DNA of 64,000 nucleotides from NCBI RefSeq assembly GCF_009914755.1, contig NC_060938.1; one strand, 5' to 3'. The position numbers and the translations under genes are program-made. The notes below the pieces were generated by a model that was given only the letters and a program-made list of their open reading frames with translations, ran no database searches and had not been told where the DNA came from. This stretch comes from the human T2T-CHM13v2.0 reference genome, Homo sapiens. The first letter of the stretch is position 1; each line of letters begins with the position of its first letter. Of the stretch, positions 60,348-64,000 are shown piece after piece.

Positions 60348-61335
60348 TTATACTTTAAGTTCTAGGGTACATGTGCACAACGTGCAGGTTTGTTACATAT
60401 GTATACATGTGCCATGTTGGGGTGCTGCACACATTAACTCGTCATTTACATTAGGTATATCTCCTAATGCTATCCCTCCCCACTCCCCCCACCCCACAAC
60501 AGGCCACGGTGTGTGATGTTCCCCTTCCTGTGTCCAAGTGTTCTCATTGAATCCCACCACTTCTTAATGCCTTCCTACTACTCTGATCCACACCATCATT
60601 GATTCTTACTTGAATTATTTCATTAGGCTGCTGAATGGATTCTCTGTTTGCACTCTTGATGACCCATATTCATTCTCTACATGCAGCCAGAATGATTTCT
60701 TAAACTATAAAATAGATAAAATGACCTCCCTGCTTAAAATTACCCAGTAACTTACAATTATACCTTTTAAAATATACAAATTTCTAACCATACATCTCTA
60801 GGCGGAATTTGGGAGATAGTATAGAAGATTTTTCAGAGTTATTTCACTTGAGGTACAACAAAGCTGGGTATTTATCCAGCAAACTTTCTGTTCATTATTG
60901 GCTTCTCATGCAGAGATTATTCTCTGGAATGTTTGAGTGCCACGTGAGGGCAAGGGAAATTTGGTGGTTGGAAAAAAAAAGAAAAAAAAAACACCCTCAG
61001 GTAAGTGTCTCAGATATAAAGGTAAACTTGCAAAGGATATGGGTGGGGCACAAATGCAAAATACTCTATTATGACTTAAAAGCCCCAAAGGACCTGGCCC
61101 TTCCTATAACTTCAACCTTAACCCCTGCAATTTTCCACCTCCTTCACTCTGCTCTGTTTATTCTGCTGCTCCTGTGACACCAGTCTCATCCTTGCTTCAG
61201 AACCTCCGTATATGCTGTCCTTTTAGTCCAGAATGATCTCCATTCACTTATTTTCAAGCCTGTCTTATATTTTTCACTCAGGAATGAGATCTCATGTGTC
61301 CTCCTAAAAGATGCCTTTTCTGAATCTTATTTAAA
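60000..61335 (+). mobile_element. Fragmented L2 hosting the short L1PA
   Basis: CCACACCATCATTGATTCTTACTTGAATTATT...CAGCCAGAATGATTTCTTAAA...CCCTGCTTAAAA...CATTCACTTATTTTCAAG. Confidence 0.5.
60296..60547 (-). mobile_element. Very short 5'-truncated L1PA (L1PA3/4-like) with a (TTTA)n tail
   Basis: TATACTTTAAGTTCTAGGGTACATGTGCACAACGTGCAGG... Perfect TSD TGAATCCCACCACTTCTT at 60278-60295 and 60548-60565. Confidence 0.96.
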
Positions 61336-61369
61336 ATATTATCCCTTACAGGGTTATAGATGTTAGGAA

Positions 61370-61885
61370 TAATATTAAGATCATATATATATATATTTTT
61401 AAATAATTTCAAAAATATGTATTTAAGTTATATATAGTAACATAAACATGTCATATATATTTATATATGTTTATATATTTATGTTATATATACCTAAATT
61501 AATATGTCATATACATTTATGTTATATATTTATATATAAAATATGAAATATAATGTAAAACAATATATTATATATAAGATATATAATATGTTATATAATA
61601 TGATATCTTTTATTGATATATAATATCAATTATGTTATATTGTTATATTATATGTTATCTATTTTAATTATAATTATATTATTAAATTATTATATTATAA
61701 AATATATCATATTATATAGTATAATTATAATTACAATATTATATTATAATATGTTACTAATTACTATGTATTGAATATTCAAACTATATATTTTATTATA
61801 TATAACAATATATTTATATATTTAACATGAAACTATATATATTTAACTAATAACTATATATAATTTGAAATTATTTCTTATAAAT
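61370..61885. repeat. AT-rich low-complexity (TA/TAT)n block
   Basis: About 500 bp composed almost entirely of A/T with degenerate TATA units. Confidence 0.92.
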
Positions 61886-62254
61886 AGCATGGTAGATATT
61901 GATGTGTTTGCAATATAGTAGGACACTGGAAATATGTATCATTTCAAAAAATTATTATAAAAATGTTTGTTAAATTAATCTTTTAAATAAATTATTTAGA
62001 TAATTCAGGGATATAACTGTAGTCATTACTTCTGTACAACCACACATTTTTAAAATAAAAATATTTAAATAGTAAGCAGAAATCATGGAGTCATTAAAAA
62101 TTCAGAAATGTACTACGTTTTATCTAAATTAATCCAAGAGTATCAAAGCAAATAAAATACTACCAAGTAAGATCCATATTTCCTAAGAAATCTGTAATAT
62201 ATCTAACTAGTGCATAAGTAGACTACATAGAAAGTAATATGTATAAAATAGTGA

Positions 62255-62385
62255 TTTAGTGTGAATTTAGAAAGGTGCAGGTTTATAACCTGCCTCTGTT
62301 ACTTTCTACCTTTATGAACTTGGGAAATTTACTCAATTATTTGTGGAAAAGAGTAGATTTAACAGTTAATCTGTACTAAATGAAA
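62255..62385 (+). mobile_element. MIR fragment
   Basis: CCTGCCTCTGTTACTTTCTACCTTTATGAACTTGGGAAATTTACTCAA. Confidence 0.5.
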
Positions 62386-64000
62386 TAAATGATATTTCTT
62401 CCCTGCATTTAAATATAACCCATTCCAAATATGAGTCTTGCAATACTGCAAATAATTTTATGTTTTACAAGATGTTTGTCAGAGTGCTAGTTTAGGGAAC
62501 TCAAAATTATTAAGCCAATAAAAGTACTTCCATTGTAATCAGAAGTACCCTTATTTTCCAGCTCACAGTTAATTTTTAAAAGAACAAAAGTTGAAATATG
62601 ACAATAATGTGTACTATTAAATGGTAGTAATAATTCAGTTTAAAACACCACCACCACTGGAAAAAATATTCATCATGATTATATCAGTGCATTGTATACA
62701 TGAATTAGAAATCCAGGGCAGTAAATATTTTGAATAAATGAGTGTTCAATTTTGGTATACAAATTTATACTGCATTGCACTTTTTATTCATTATTTTAAT
62801 TTCAAATATGACCATTAAATGGGTTATATCAATAAAGATGGTTAAATATCAAAAGAAGACTTACTTCAATACTATCTTTTTTGCCTATAAAATCATTTTA
62901 ACAACTAATAGGAAAGGATGTTGATAGTCATGGTCAAAAAAGTATCTATGCCCCTAAGGTAACAAGGAGAATGAAATTTATACATACTCTAAAATATTGT
63001 TTGACTTTTACATATTTTAATCCCCTTTAAGCCAGTCTTTTAACAGAACTGCTCTCAAGACACAAAATTAAGTGTTTAGAAATCCTTTTCATGTATGACT
63101 TAATGAGTGAAGATGAAGGAAAGCCCATGCAAGGATAGTTACACCTGGATTGTCATATAATTGGGTTTTCTTCTCTACATTCAAATATAATTTTCTCCAG
63201 GTACACCTCAAAAATCATGAAAAAGTAACAAGTTGGTTAAAGCTTGAGTAAATAGTAGTAACATAATCTATAAAGAGGGCTTAATGAATCATTAAAATAA
63301 TTTTAAAAAATTAATAACTAGTCATAACTGAGTAAAAATAGGCTCACTCAAAAAAAAAGAGGCAAAAACATGTGGAGTGGAAAAAATACTGATAGGTTGA
63401 GAGTAACACTAATTATTTTGTATATGATCTGATAGGAAATAGTTTTTAATTTTTTTCTAGTTTTAATTCACAAAAGCAAGATACAGTTTTTCTACATTTG
63501 GAGAAATAGCCTAGCTCTATGGTTATGCCCAAATATAATAATTGAGAAGTCACATAAAAAGGTAATTTAGCAACTGACTTACTTTATAAATTATAAGGGG
63601 CATTATTCCCATAGGAGGCACAGTCATAGTACAGAGGTCAACAACACTGACAAATGCCACAGTAGGCTGGTACAGGGGGACTTAAGAGGACTACCTGGTG
63701 GAAACTGAAAATAGAGCCAAAAGATAGAATAAAGAAGGTAATTTTTAAGAGACATATAATCATTAATGTTTGAGATTGAGCATATTACTACATTCTTATT
63801 GTCCTTGCACTTAGTGTAAACTAATGATAATTATGAAACTGAATTACTCCATATGCTATATTACCAACGGGTAACACTGTGATGGTGGTTCTTACGCAAG
63901 AAGCCAAATGACTCAGTTCCTAAACAGAGCTTGTGAGTTGAATTTGCATTGGCCATCAAGGAAAAATTGAAAGTTCAGGACATAAAGAAAATACAGGGGT

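Noticed and set aside
63909-63916. AP-1 motif TGACTCA
   Set aside because: A single 7-mer is expected several times by chance in 64 kb.

Overview
Primate (human or great-ape-like) nuclear DNA that is AT-rich and roughly half or more recognisable transposable-element sequence, typical of a gene desert or deep intron. I found no host protein-coding exon, RNA gene or CRISPR array. The main structures are: (1) the 5' 4.2 kb of a young L1PA2/3-type LINE-1 on the minus strand, with ORF1 and ORF2 frameshifted but the 71-aa antisense ORF0 intact; (2) a full-length ~6.6 kb HERV-L provirus (MLT2A LTRs, gag-pro-pol-dUTPase, no env) at 22691-29267, whose 3' LTR carries two perfect DUX4-type motifs; (3) a pol-deleted MER66/HERV-V-like ERV1 provirus at 51986-~59245, with a decayed env resembling the placental ERVV-1/ERVV-2 envelopes and a truncated 3' LTR; (4) solo LTRs (THE1, MER52, MER31/34-type, MLT1), nine Alus, older L1, L2, MIR and DNA-transposon relics, many with readable target-site duplications (TSDs). 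Subfamily names come from recalled consensus sequences, not a RepeatMasker run. I see no convincing novel biological system; the best leads are regulatory or exaptation candidates inside known elements.
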